This document shows positions 21,205 to 31,775 of a DNA stretch of 42,861 nt, in pieces (position 1 is the stretch's first letter; every line of letters begins with the position of its first letter). The notes beneath the pieces were generated by a model. The model saw only the letters and a program-made list of their open reading frames with translations. It searched no databases and was not told where the DNA came from. The stretch covers positions 1 to 42,861 of the forward strand of contig CAVIPP010000002.1 of assembly GCA_963644615.1 (NCBI GenBank). The letters run 5' to 3'. The translations under genes were made by a program, and so were the position numbers. This stretch comes from Oscillospiraceae bacterium. GTDB lineage: Bacteria; Bacillota_I; Bacilli_A; RFN20; CAG-826.

Positions 21205-23415
21205 TTAAATAATTGTCGAAACGGCACGAGAAGTTAATGCCGCACCAGTAGCAGTTCGACCTTTTACAATAATCTTATTTCTTGCAACAGTAAACATTTT
21301 ACCTTGTTTTGGAATAAGATAAATACATTCTCGTTCATTTTCAAACTTTCTCATGCAAATAGTATCTTTACAAATCATTTGCCCTTTATTTCCACGATTA
21401 TCTACTGAGAAATCTTGGACCGATGTATATTTTCCTTTTGCGTCTTTGGTTACAAACAACAAAAGATCACTATTACTTACAACTGCCGCGGCCGCACAGG
21501 TCGAGAAGCCTGATTTAACACCAACAGTTAGTTTACTTGCTACGCTTAAATCCGCAATAGAAAGTTTTAAAACATTTTGGTCACCGTCAAATAACATAAT
21601 AAAATCATTATCTGAACAGAAGTCCGCGTAAAGAAGTTCATTACCTTCTTTAAGCTTTAATACTTTTTCTTTTGTTTTTGTAAACTTATAATCTGCAACA
21701 TTAGTTACTTTAATATTGCCCTTTTTTGTTACTGCAATGAATTTATTTTTATCTTTATTTTTAACACATGCCCCGATATAGCCCGCAGAAGATTGAATAG
21801 GAGAAATTTCTCCTTCTTTGTTATAACCTAATATATCTTCCATAGCATAAGCAAAGACAATATCTACGAGAGTGCCCATAGTATTAGTATCCAAATTATT
21901 ATCAATTCCATTTGTAGTAATCTTATACTCCTGTTTTATAATAGGTTTGTCTGCATGGATAACTGGTCGCGCATAGTGTATTTCAGTTAAACGCTTATCT
22001 TCTCCAAGGACTTTCTTAATATTCTTTAAATCCGCCAAAATCATCGAATATCTGATTTTTTCATCATCAATAATTTCTTTGATATGTGCTAAAGTTTTTT
22101 CTAATTCTTCTTTATCTGAATCAAGCTCTTTTAAATCTAATCGACTTAAACGAGATAACTTCATATTTAAAACCGCTTCAGCTTGTTCATCATTAAGCGC
22201 GAATTCCTGCATTATGGATGATTTTGCCGCTGCTCTGTCTTGTGAGCCTCGGATCAGACTAATTAACTTGTCAATATCGCTTAGGCACTTTTGCAAGCCA
22301 ATAGTAACTGTTAATTTATGATTAGTTTCTGCATAGTCGGTACGAGCTACTTTTATTATACAATTACTTCGATATTCAACCCAGTATTCAATCATTTGTT
22401 TTAATGAAAGAACGCGAGGTTCGCCATTTATAATTAAGTTTTGATTAATTTTTATTGAAGAAGACAGTTTAGTTTTATTAAATAATATCTCTAAACATTT
22501 TGCAACATTAGCATCTTTCCCTAAGGTAATAGTAATGTCAAAATTGCGGTCTCCAACCTTTAAAACACTAATATCTTCAAAGACTTCATATCCATCTTCT
22601 AAAACTAATTTCTTTAAAGGCTTTTTAATGCCATCATCAATATCTACACCATAAGGTAAGTCATGGAAAGTAATTAAAGTTTTTGAACCTTTCTTAGATA
22701 TATCATAATGAGAATAAACTTTAACGCTTCCTTGACCTCTTGTATATATATCAAGAAGTTCTTCGCCATTCATGATAATGCCAGCAGTAGGAAAGTCAGG
22801 ACCTTTAATGAAGTTCATTAAGTCCGCAATAGAACATTCTTTATTATTCATATAAAACTCTATTGCATTCATTACTTCTGTAAAGTTATGAGATACTAAA
22901 TCGGACCCCATTCCTACTGCAATACCACTATTATTCCCGCATAGTAAATAAGGAAATTTTGATGGTAAAGTGCAAGGCTCAGTGCAAGAATTATCAAAAT
23001 TAGGTTTTGTATCCACACAATTCATGTCAATATCTTCAAGCATAAACATTCCTATTTTGCTTAGTCGACATTCTGTGTAACGTGACGCGGCAGCTGAGTC
23101 GCCTAAGATATTACCACAGTTACCTTGCATTTCAACAAGGGGATAACGCAACTTCCACCATTGACTCAATCTTACTATTGCTTCGTAAATAGAAGAATCT
23201 CCATGTGGATGAAGTTCACCCATAACATTACCAACGACTTTTGCACTTTTAACTGTTGGTTTATTGTTATAAAATTTACTTTTATACATAGACCATAAAA
23301 TACGTCTATGAATTGGTTTTAAGTTATCTTCTACACTTGGAATGGCGCGACTTTTAATGACACTATTAGCATATATCAAGAAGTCTTGTTTACTTCTTTC
23401 ATCTATGTTACTCAT
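21205..23415 (-). CDS. Type IIA DNA topoisomerase, subunit A (GyrA/ParC-like)
   Basis: ...HPHGDSSIYEA... and AAASRYTECRLS (catalytic Tyr context). 736 aa, no TGA. Confidence 0.9.
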   Translation of the reverse strand: MSNIDERSKQDFLIYANSVIKSRAIPSVEDNLKPIHRRILWSMYKSKFYNNKPTVKSAKVVGNVMGELHPHGDSSIYEAIVRLSQWWKLRYPLVEMQGNCGNILGDSAAASRYTECRLSKIGMFMLEDIDMNCVDTKPNFDNSCTEPCTLPSKFPYLLCGNNSGIAVGMGSDLVSHNFTEVMNAIEFYMNNKECSIADLMNFIKGPDFPTAGIIMNGEELLDIYTRGQGSVKVYSHYDISKKGSKTLITFHDLPYGVDIDDGIKKPLKKLVLEDGYEVFEDISVLKVGDRNFDITITLGKDANVAKCLEILFNKTKLSSSIKINQNLIINGEPRVLSLKQMIEYWVEYRSNCIIKVARTDYAETNHKLTVTIGLQKCLSDIDKLISLIRGSQDRAAAKSSIMQEFALNDEQAEAVLNMKLSRLSRLDLKELDSDKEELEKTLAHIKEIIDDEKIRYSMILADLKNIKKVLGEDKRLTEIHYARPVIHADKPIIKQEYKITTNGIDNNLDTNTMGTLVDIVFAYAMEDILGYNKEGEISPIQSSAGYIGACVKNKDKNKFIAVTKKGNIKVTNVADYKFTKTKEKVLKLKEGNELLYADFCSDNDFIMLFDGDQNVLKLSIADLSVASKLTVGVKSGFSTCAAAAVVSNSDLLLFVTKDAKGKYTSVQDFSVDNRGNKGQMICKDTICMRKFENERECIYLIPKQGKMFTVARNKIIVKGRTATGAALTSRAVSTII

Positions 23416-23430
23416 TAAAACGCTCCTTTA

Positions 23431-23694
23431 TTAATTATGTGTTGTTTCGTTAGTTGTGCTATTTTGTGCGGCTTCTGCTTTAGCGGCTTCTTCTTTTTCA
23501 GTTTGAATACGATAGAATTCTGTTAAAGTCACAGTTTTATCTTCGTACGGAACAGTGAGAATGTTTTCAACAGTGCATAAACGTTGATTCAAAATATTTA
23601 AGAATCTTATTAATACAGTAAGAGGTAAATCTTCTGTAAGAGTAACGTCTGCCCATCCTTGTAATTTTTGTTCTTGTTCTTGTTCTTTTTCCAT
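23431..23694 (-). CDS. Small acidic hypothetical protein
   Basis: 87-aa ORF with RBS and its own promoter. Confidence 0.55.
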   Translation of the reverse strand: MEKEQEQEQKLQGWADVTLTEDLPLTVLIRFLNILNQRLCTVENILTVPYEDKTVTLTEFYRIQTEKEEAAKAEAAQNSTTNETTHN

Positions 23695-23726
23695 ATAACT
23701 TATATTCTCCTTTTATTATTTATAAT

Positions 23727-23755
23727 ATTATATTATATTTTTTTCTATTTGTAAA
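23727..23755 (-). promoter_or_regulatory. Sigma-70-like promoter
   Basis: Minus strand: TTTACA (23750-23755), 17-nt spacer, TATAAT (23727-23732). Confidence 0.5.
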
Positions 23756-23769
23756 ATTATTTTTAAACT

Positions 23770-24192
23770 CTATATTTTATCTGTAATAATGTATTTTTTG
23801 CCTCATGCGGTTGCTTGACCTTCAAATCATATATCATCATATAACGTTGGAGGGAATTTTCCTTTACGAGTGTATTTTAATTCTCTATATCAATAACGAA
23901 TGGCACTAGGAATGCAGATAACGAACGGCATCAGCGGACCTCAAATAATATTTTGAAGACCGTGTCCGCACTCATGTCCTAGTAAATTGTCGTATTGGCA
24001 ATTTTCTCCGCATAAGAAGAAACATCCTAGTTCTAATCCACCTCAATTTTTACCTATTGTTTTATATAAACGACCATGAAAAACATGATAATGACCAAAA
24101 GGAATAATCATAACGATTAGACCAATAATGGACATAATCGCGCCTCAGGTAAAAGAAGCAATATAAAATAAAATTCTTTTAAAAGTTAACAT
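23770..24192 (-). CDS. Small polytopic membrane protein with an HExxH motif (putative zincin-like, DUF3267-type)
   Basis: GGAGG RBS overlaps the topo-B stop; ATG 24192. 140 aa, MLTFKRILFYIASFTWGAIMSIIGLIV...LLGHECGHGLQNIIWGPL.... All 6 Trp are TGA. Stop is TAG 23770. Invisible in the standard-code track. Confidence 0.7.
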
Positions 24193-24203
24193 TAATAATC
24201 CTC

Positions 24204-26150
24204 CTATTCATCGTCTGCATCAGTATAATCATCATAAGAATCATCTAAAATACTATACTTAGACAATTTATTTTTTAATATAAATTCTTTTCTTAATGAT
24301 GGTTGTTTACCCATCAATTGATTATAAAGGTCTAATGTTTTTTCCATATTATCGGTAGTTAATGGAATGAGTCTGCGATTTTCAGGATCCATGGTGGTTG
24401 AATATAACTCATCTGGATTCATTTCACCTAAACCTTTAAATCTATTTGATACAGCGTTGCGGTGATTGCGCATATACTTCTTATATTCTTTTTCATCTTC
24501 TGGATACCAATATAATGTCTCTTTACCATTAATAGTTTTGTAAAGTGGAGATGTTGCAATAAACACTTTACCAGCAGTAATTAATTGAGGCAAATGGTGT
24601 AAAAATAATGTTGTAAGTAAGAGATTAATATGCCCACCATCTGGATCTGAGTCAGCCATAAAAATAATTCTGTTATAACGTAAATTATTAATATTGAAAT
24701 GGTCGCCAATTCCGCATCCTAAACAAGTTAAAATGTCTTTAATTGTATCAGACTTTATTGCATCTGCTAATTCTTTACATGTGGTATTTAATACTTTTCC
24801 GCGCAAAGGCATAATTGCTTGACTCAAGCTCTTTGTAATCTTCGCATTGCCCGCAGCAGAATCACCTTCACAGAAAAATATTTCCGCGTCAGTAAAATCA
24901 TTTGCATCTGCTAATTTTTCAGGTAAATCCTTAAGTGAGTTCATAGATTTACCACCACGAGCAATTTTTTCTTGCGCTTCTCTTTTACGTTGCGCGGCCT
25001 CCTCTGCTTTCTGTTCGATTACAATTTTATCTAAAATCTGTTTTAATTCTTTCGGTTGAAAAGTTAATTGACCAACGGCTTTACTACAGTAGCCACGAGC
25101 AGAAGGGCTATTTAAAGTTTTCTTCGTTTGCTCAGCAAACATTGGTCGTTCAGTCATCTTAATTGAAAGAACTAAAATTAAGCCTTTACGCACCATGTCT
25201 CCGCTAAAGTTTTTATCTTTTTCTTTTAATATTTCTTGTTCTCTTGCAAGTTTATTTATTAGTGAAGTATATGCGGTTTTCCACCCAGTTACATGCGTTC
25301 CATCATTTGGAGTATAACCACCATTTACGAACGAATAAATTGTTTCATATGTTTTATCACAATAAACAAAAGCCATTTCTACATTACAACTTTCTCCTGA
25401 ATCTGCGGTTACATTAGTACAGAAGTAGATAGGGGATGTAATTATTTTTTCTCCTTCACTTTTTATTTTAAGCATATCTTTAATGCCATTGGTATAGTAA
25501 TATTTCCAAGTGCCTAAAATTTTGTCTTCATTCTTTTCAATTAATTCGAAGGTAATGCCATTATTTAAAAGAGCATGAAGTTGTAGTTCTTCTTGTATCT
25601 TTTGTATGTCCCATTTAATATCACCAAAAACAGCGGTGTCTGGAATAAAAGAAACAGAAGTGCCTTGACGAGTACCGCTATAAGGTTCAATCTCAGGATC
25701 ACTAACGTCTCCTTCATAAACTTCAAAGAAACAATGTTGTTTGTCTCTCCATACCTCGATAATAAAGTCTGAAGATAAAGCATTAGTTACAGTAGAGCCA
25801 ACACCATGTAAACCAAGCGAAGATTTATAATTGCTCTGTCCCTCGAATTTGCCTCCTGAGTGAAGATTAGTACACATTTCGACAATCGCATAGTTACCAT
25901 CGTCTTTCATACCAAAAGGTATTCCTCTTCCGTTGTCGGATACTGTTGCACTATTGTTTGCTCTATTTATTTCTACTTTGATTATTTTACCAAAACCCGC
26001 CGCGGCTTCATCCATCGCATTGGCTATGATTTCAGTAAGTAGATGATGCATACCGTTCACATCATTAGATCCAATATACATACCAAGAGACTGTTTAATA
26101 GCCTCTCTGTAACCGAGAGTTACAATACTACTTTCATCGTATTTTACCAT
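24204..26150 (-). CDS. Type IIA DNA topoisomerase, subunit B (GyrB/ParE-like ATPase plus TOPRIM)
   Basis: GHKL ATPase motifs (EIIANAMDE, DNGRGIP, GLHGVG) and TOPRIM (EGDSA, DSDPDG). No TGA; 5 Trp, all TGG. Stop is TAG. Confidence 0.9.
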   Translation of the reverse strand: MVKYDESSIVTLGYREAIKQSLGMYIGSNDVNGMHHLLTEIIANAMDEAAAGFGKIIKVEINRANNSATVSDNGRGIPFGMKDDGNYAIVEMCTNLHSGGKFEGQSNYKSSLGLHGVGSTVTNALSSDFIIEVWRDKQHCFFEVYEGDVSDPEIEPYSGTRQGTSVSFIPDTAVFGDIKWDIQKIQEELQLHALLNNGITFELIEKNEDKILGTWKYYYTNGIKDMLKIKSEGEKIITSPIYFCTNVTADSGESCNVEMAFVYCDKTYETIYSFVNGGYTPNDGTHVTGWKTAYTSLINKLAREQEILKEKDKNFSGDMVRKGLILVLSIKMTERPMFAEQTKKTLNSPSARGYCSKAVGQLTFQPKELKQILDKIVIEQKAEEAAQRKREAQEKIARGGKSMNSLKDLPEKLADANDFTDAEIFFCEGDSAAGNAKITKSLSQAIMPLRGKVLNTTCKELADAIKSDTIKDILTCLGCGIGDHFNINNLRYNRIIFMADSDPDGGHINLLLTTLFLHHLPQLITAGKVFIATSPLYKTINGKETLYWYPEDEKEYKKYMRNHRNAVSNRFKGLGEMNPDELYSTTMDPENRRLIPLTTDNMEKTLDLYNQLMGKQPSLRKEFILKNKLSKYSILDDSYDDYTDADDE

Positions 26151-26239
26151 ATATCTCCTTTCAATAGTTAAAGAAAAAGTATTATATATAATATATAATA
26201 CTTATTTAATAATATTTTAACCTTTAATCCTTATATAAT

Positions 26240-26268
26240 ATTATATAAAGTATTTTTGGCTTTGTCAA
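26240..26268 (-). promoter_or_regulatory. Consensus sigma-70 promoter upstream of the topoisomerase operon
   Basis: Minus strand: TTGACA (26263-26268), 17-nt spacer, TATAAT (26240-26245). Confidence 0.65.
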
Positions 26269-26435
26269 GTATCTTTATAAGAAAAAACATCAAGTTAAGA
26301 AATTTAAAGCCAAAACAATTCATTTTTAGAAGGTTTTTAACTTTTTGTAAGTAAGTGCCTGATAATGGTAGATTGTTTTATTCTTTAACCCATGTAGACA
26401 CTGCTGTTTTATATGAGTATTCAGAAGTTGTGATT

Positions 26436-26732
26436 CTAAAACTTATTGTAGTAGTTCCTGTTGCATTTAATTTCATATCTTGACAAAAGTATAAAATAAG
26501 AATTTATTTTTTTAACATCTGTTAATTTTTTACAATGAGGAAGAAGGTCTTCTTGTTTAACAGAGCCTTTAATTAGTTTAAGAAGTTTTATATTTTCGCT
26601 ATTTTGTTGTATTTTTTCATTTTTCTTTTTAACGTTTTGATAAAGATGATAGATAACTAAAACCATAATTACATCAGCACCAACTGAAACAACTGAAATT
26701 AAAATTGTTAGAATGTCATTCCAAGAAATCAT
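26436..26732 (-). CDS. Small membrane protein (N-terminal TM helix)
   Basis: 98 aa with AAAGGAG RBS; ILTILISVVSVGADVIMVLVIY TM segment. Confidence 0.6.
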   Translation of the reverse strand: MISWNDILTILISVVSVGADVIMVLVIYHLYQNVKKKNEKIQQNSENIKLLKLIKGSVKQEDLLPHCKKLTDVKKINSYFILLSRYEIKCNRNYYNKF

Positions 26733-26789
26733 ATTAATTTTCTCCTTTATTTAAGTTTATTATACTAAAAATAAATGGAGTTTATATAA

Positions 26790-27395
26790 TTAATTACAGA
26801 TTTCAACAATTTCATTGTAAAAGAATTGTTTACACTCGTTGTATAGTTTAGCATCTAATTTTCTAGAATCATGAACTTCATTGAGAATTTTTATTTGCTT
26901 TTCTGTATAAGTGCAAGAATTGTTTAATAATGTGTAATATATAATAAGCATTCTATAAGGTTTACAAAGAAAGTTTAATCCATAGGTAGATTTTAATTGT
27001 TCTGCATCTTTAAAATCTTGATATATCTTTTTACAAAGAGTTATTTTATATTCTTTATTATTTAATGTTTCGGTACTATCAAATTGTGCTAAGATGTCGT
27101 CTCCATATATACACTGCCTAAAGTCTTTTAAATAAGACCAAGCATAGCATATTCTATGTACGCTATCTAATACTTGATTTTGTGTAGCATTAAAAACTTC
27201 TACTCTTGCATTATACTTATTAGAATATAGGTGAAATCTTTTTTTTAGAGTATCTCCTTCAACGATACACAATATATCAATATCGTTAGGGTTATCTATA
27301 TTTAAAATACTAGACCCAACAATGTATATTGATATAGGTTTTAAAGATTCTACAATAGAATCTATTATTTTTTGTTCTAAAATTATATTCTTCAT
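26790..27395 (-). CDS. Pol-beta-superfamily nucleotidyltransferase domain protein
   Basis: VGSSIL...NDIDILC (GS...DxD NTase signature) followed by a helical C-terminal domain. Confidence 0.65.
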   Translation of the reverse strand: MKNIILEQKIIDSIVESLKPISIYIVGSSILNIDNPNDIDILCIVEGDTLKKRFHLYSNKYNARVEVFNATQNQVLDSVHRICYAWSYLKDFRQCIYGDDILAQFDSTETLNNKEYKITLCKKIYQDFKDAEQLKSTYGLNFLCKPYRMLIIYYTLLNNSCTYTEKQIKILNEVHDSRKLDAKLYNECKQFFYNEIVEICN

Positions 27396-27406
27396 AACAT
27401 GCCTTT

Positions 27407-28675
27407 CTATGATACGTTGTATTCATACACTAAAGATATTTTAAATGGGCTCATAAGCATAAATTCACTTGAAGAATCTCCAGGGAATTTAGGCGTGGCT
27501 TCATAAGCAGATTTAATTCCTGAAGTACTAAATACATATCCACTAGATGTCTTGGTTAATAAACCATAATAACCTGTTGATGTTGTTAAATTAGCGGTTA
27601 TTTTTGCTGCAACAACGTTAGCTTTAGATAAAACACCCTCAACTCCAACTGAATATACTGAATATGTGCCATCAGCAAAATATAGTGTTATGCTCCAGGT
27701 TCCTGAGATATCATAGTGTTCATCGAATTGGCTGCGAGTACTGCTAAAATAAAAGCTATATCCAGGATTATCTGTAGAATAGATTTTAATGTTTCCACTG
27801 GAATCACTACTTACTAACGTTCCTCCACTTCCAGAAATATAGAATTGAGACCTCTGTGTTTCATTTTCATATAATTTAAGACAGGTAGAACCATTTGATG
27901 TAGCAGCATTGCTTGCTGAATTTGCAGCACCTACATAATTATACGCTGCAACTTGTTGTAAGGCTAGTATGTCTTGATAATTTTGAGCGCCAAACGTTGA
28001 TTGATATGCCGTTGAAGTCGTTCCGGAACTTCTATCACTATTTAAACCTATAGATTTAGAAATTTCTACTAAATTGGTACCAGATCATCTGAAAGTTTTT
28101 GAATCAGAAGTGCCAACATAAATTTTTCCGGATTCAGGAGCAATTGCTTTCAAACAAGCAATAATTTGATCTTTATATGTAGTCGGATTATCTAATCAAG
28201 TCGTTTCAGGCTCTGCTATTTTTTCAGCAAATGCATGATAAAAAGCTCCAGATGTTCCTCCTGGTACATATTCTGCGGTTGCGCTATTATAGCATAGTTG
28301 TCCAACTTTAATCTTGATTCCTGCACAGCTGGCATATCATGTGCTTCCGCTATAAGAATACTGAAAATCAATGACATCATCTACGTACGAAGGGAGTTGT
28401 GAAGCAGGAACTAATCCATCTATTAAATCAGCTTTACTAGAAGTACTGGTATCAACATATTTCTTTGTTGCTGCATCTGTATCATTTTCAGGGTCTTTTA
28501 AATTGATAATTTTATTACTATTCAAATTTAAACTGTTTGTTAAAGAATTGCTTCCATCTTTATTGATATAAGTATTTTTAATTATATTGCCATCACTATC
28601 TCTCTCGGCAACATCTACACCAACAGGCTTTCCATCAACACTTGTTAAATATTTAATGTCTAAACTATCTGCCAT
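27407..28675 (-). CDS. Tail fibre / receptor-binding protein (422 aa)
   Basis: I translated the whole frame: ATG 28675, 3 in-frame TGA (28337, 28196, 28085), TAG 27407. The N-terminal LNLNSNKIINLKDPENDTDAATKKYVD is a common tail-fibre motif. Confidence 0.8.
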
Positions 28676-28676
28676 A

Positions 28677-29006
28677 TTATAAAGCCTCCAATTCATTTAT
28701 TTCATTACGCCACGCTTGTCTTTGTTGTTTAATTGGTTCATATTCTTCTTCAGTTAATTGACCTTCCATAAATTTCATCAATTTATAATCAGTATCAGCC
28801 AATTTCTTTTTTAATTCCAAAATTTTTCCATAAATATCTTCTTTAGGTGTGCCTTTTATTAACTTACTATCAATAAAACTATCAACACCTACTTGAATTT
28901 CTTTATAAGGATCGTTAACCTCTAATATAGGAAGTTTTTCGTCAAACGGAATTATTGAAAATCCAATAATAATATTATTTTCATCTAATTGTAAATTTAC
29001 TTTCAT
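28677..29006 (-). CDS. Small tail-fibre-associated protein (possible assembly/chaperone, XkdW-like?)
   Basis: 109-aa ORF wedged between fibre genes, with a coiled C-terminus ...QAWRNEINELEAL. Confidence 0.55.
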   Translation of the reverse strand: MKVNLQLDENNIIIGFSIIPFDEKLPILEVNDPYKEIQVGVDSFIDSKLIKGTPKEDIYGKILELKKKLADTDYKLMKFMEGQLTEEEYEPIKQQRQAWRNEINELEAL

Positions 29007-29008
29007 AA

Positions 29009-29737
29009 TTAAACCCCCTTCACGCCTATAACGTTTGTTATCATAAATATAGTATTACCACTATACTCAGGTTCAGTATAAAGATATAAGTTATTAGACT
29101 TAACATCAAGCTTTAAAATATATTCCCATCCATTCGCAATTTGTCTACTAGAATAAAGTGAATAGTAAGTAATATTATTTTTAGTTAAAACAACGCTTGT
29201 TTGATTAGGTCCGCCAATGTTTTGCTTGTAGCCACTTACAATAATAAATAGATAATCATTGATTAAAGACATTGGAATTCCATTTTGATCACCACTAAAC
29301 ACAGTTGATATTGTAGCATAAGTTTTATCAACAATAGTAATAGGAACGGTTTTATCCGTTAAAGCGATACCAAAATCACTGAGTGTTAAATTAACTTTTT
29401 TATTAACTATTTCTTTTTCAACCTCTTCAACACTAATACTATCTATTTTGCCAGCATTAGTAGTAACCCATTCTTTATCAGCAAGCTGATTACTTGAACT
29501 TGCTTCATTAGGTATTTTAACAGTTATTTCTCCTATTTTTTCATTAACATATTCAACAGTAGCAAAAACTTCACTAGTGACTTTATTTATATATTCTTGT
29601 ATTCACTTGGCGACAGTGCCTGTATCTCAATTTGTTCTGTCTACACCTGTATCCTCTTGAATATCATAAATATCTGTTAAAATTCTAGCAACACGTTCAC
29701 CTGTATAATTCAATGCATAAGTTTTTTCATTTGCCAT
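29009..29737 (-). CDS. Tail-fibre module protein (242 aa)
   Basis: AAAGGAGG RBS and ATG 29737; in frame with track ORF 29009..29302 through 2 TGA. Stop is TAA. Confidence 0.65.
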
Positions 29738-29752
29738 TTCTTATTCCTCCTT

Positions 29753-31693
29753 TTAACTAAAAAGAATTTGTGATTTATCTAAATCGTGAATTCATAATAC
29801 AATATAGACAGAATGACCTTCTTCTGTCGAATCACTTCGTCCACTCAAATGACATGTTCCTTTTGTGGCAATATTAAATCCGTCAGTTGAATACATTTTT
29901 TTTATCATATTATTAGTAATATATATCGGTTGCTCTTCGATAACATACCCTTCTTTGCGATACCTTATAGATGGTATCATTAAGTTCGTTATCTCGCATT
30001 CAAAATCAAAATCATCAATATGACCAGGATATTGACTAATGTCTTCAATATGCTGATCATGGTCCTTAACTGAGCTTTGAATAATTTTAGGTTGTTTTGA
30101 AATTTGTCAAGATGCATTTTTAAAGTCATTATCGCTATTATATCAGTAAGTATAATAATCTTTTAATGCTTTTTCAGATTTTATATCTAATCGCATCAAA
30201 TTCTCACTTGTTACGTTAATAGAATCTATTGAAAGATAAAATTTGCAATAAGGTTCAAGAGAACCGCATCCAGCGCAATAGGGGTCAAACTCTAATTCCT
30301 CCATCCCAAAACGAGTAGAAAAATAAAATTCATAAGATTTTTCTTCTTCAAAATTTACATCATATCAAGTTCCTTCTTTAGAAGAAGTTGCTAAATCATA
30401 AAGAGGTGAGCTAATACCAATTTTACCATCAGTGGTAATTAATTTCTCAAATATCTTTTTTTCTTCATTAGAGCAATCTGATCAAGGTGAATTGTCTGAA
30501 GTAATTGGATAAATTATACTATCTGATTTTATATTCGAAGAAGCTAATTTTTTAATTTCGGGTGCTTTAAAATCTATCGCAATTGTAGGATGTAAATAAA
30601 CATTTTGATGAAGATGACGTTTTGAGCCAGATCCACTATCATATCATACCTTATTAGCTTCTGTTTCAGTCATAATAAAAAATGTTCCATTCTTGTTCGC
30701 GTGAATGTTCCTTGAATATTGTAGATTCGTTGATACATTGTTCACATCTTGAGAATATTTGACTAATAAATCTTTATCTTTATCGAAGGGAATTTTTATT
30801 GTTTTTTGTCTACCTTTTTCAGGAAAATATGAAAATTCTACATATCATTGACTATATGAAGATGTTAATTTTATTTGTTTTGCAATTCCCGATGAATTCG
30901 AATTTAATATAACCAATGGATATAAATAACTATTCCAATGGCGCGCTTTTTCATTTGCATCTAGCAGTCCATTGAACTTAACTTGGTTATTAAATTTGAA
31001 ACCAGCTTGATATACAGGACGAGTGTCTTGTGATGGAGAGTTATTCAAAAGTGTGCCAGGTTTTTGTTGCAAAGGATCAATAATACTGCCGTTAAATACC
31101 AAAGAACGAATATTTACATCATCAATTCCATCTTCTGAAAAGCAATAATTTGGAATAGAACAATTCTGAAAATAATTAAAAGGAGTTAATGGTCCTTCAT
31201 CTTCATTTGTCGGAATAATGTTGAATGATGAGGCTTTTATTTCATTATCTTTGCGTTGTACATCTCCATATCCAAATCAATAATTATTAAAAGGATATGT
31301 AGGTTCAGGTTGGACTCCTGTAACGCTGTCTCTTTGTGACCAACCTATGGCTTCTCTTTTTAAAGAAGTTGTATGATTAATTTCAATTATATCGGTTCCT
31401 GTTGCATTATAAGAAACGTTCCCGTTTTTATCTTTAATCTTAATTTTATCCGCATTATCAAAAGTTCAAGTATAAGTTCCACTTATAATTCAAGTATCTG
31501 TAGTCTTAATTAATTTTATTATTGTAGAACTGCACTTTACCGCACCAATCAATGATAAAAAACTGGCATAACGAACCGCATCATTATCTTTATTAATAAC
31601 AATGTTGTTTTCACTGTTTTTATAGCCATTTCATTTTAATCAATTTTTGATTTGCGTTTGCGTGCAATTATATCAAATGTATTTATCAGACAT
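29753..31693 (-). CDS. Large structural (baseplate/fibre?) protein (~646 aa), TGA-rich
   Basis: ATG 31693 with AGAGG RBS. Track fragments 30845..31102 and 29792..29980, the start and the TAA at 29753 all share one frame. I read about 13 in-frame TGA by eye; this gene was not rechecked position by position. Confidence 0.65.
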
Positions 31694-31775
31694 AAGAACC
31701 TCTATTTATACATTAATAGTATAAAATGAAAAGTTCTAGAACACAAATATCCTACATTCAAAAATAGACCAGTAA

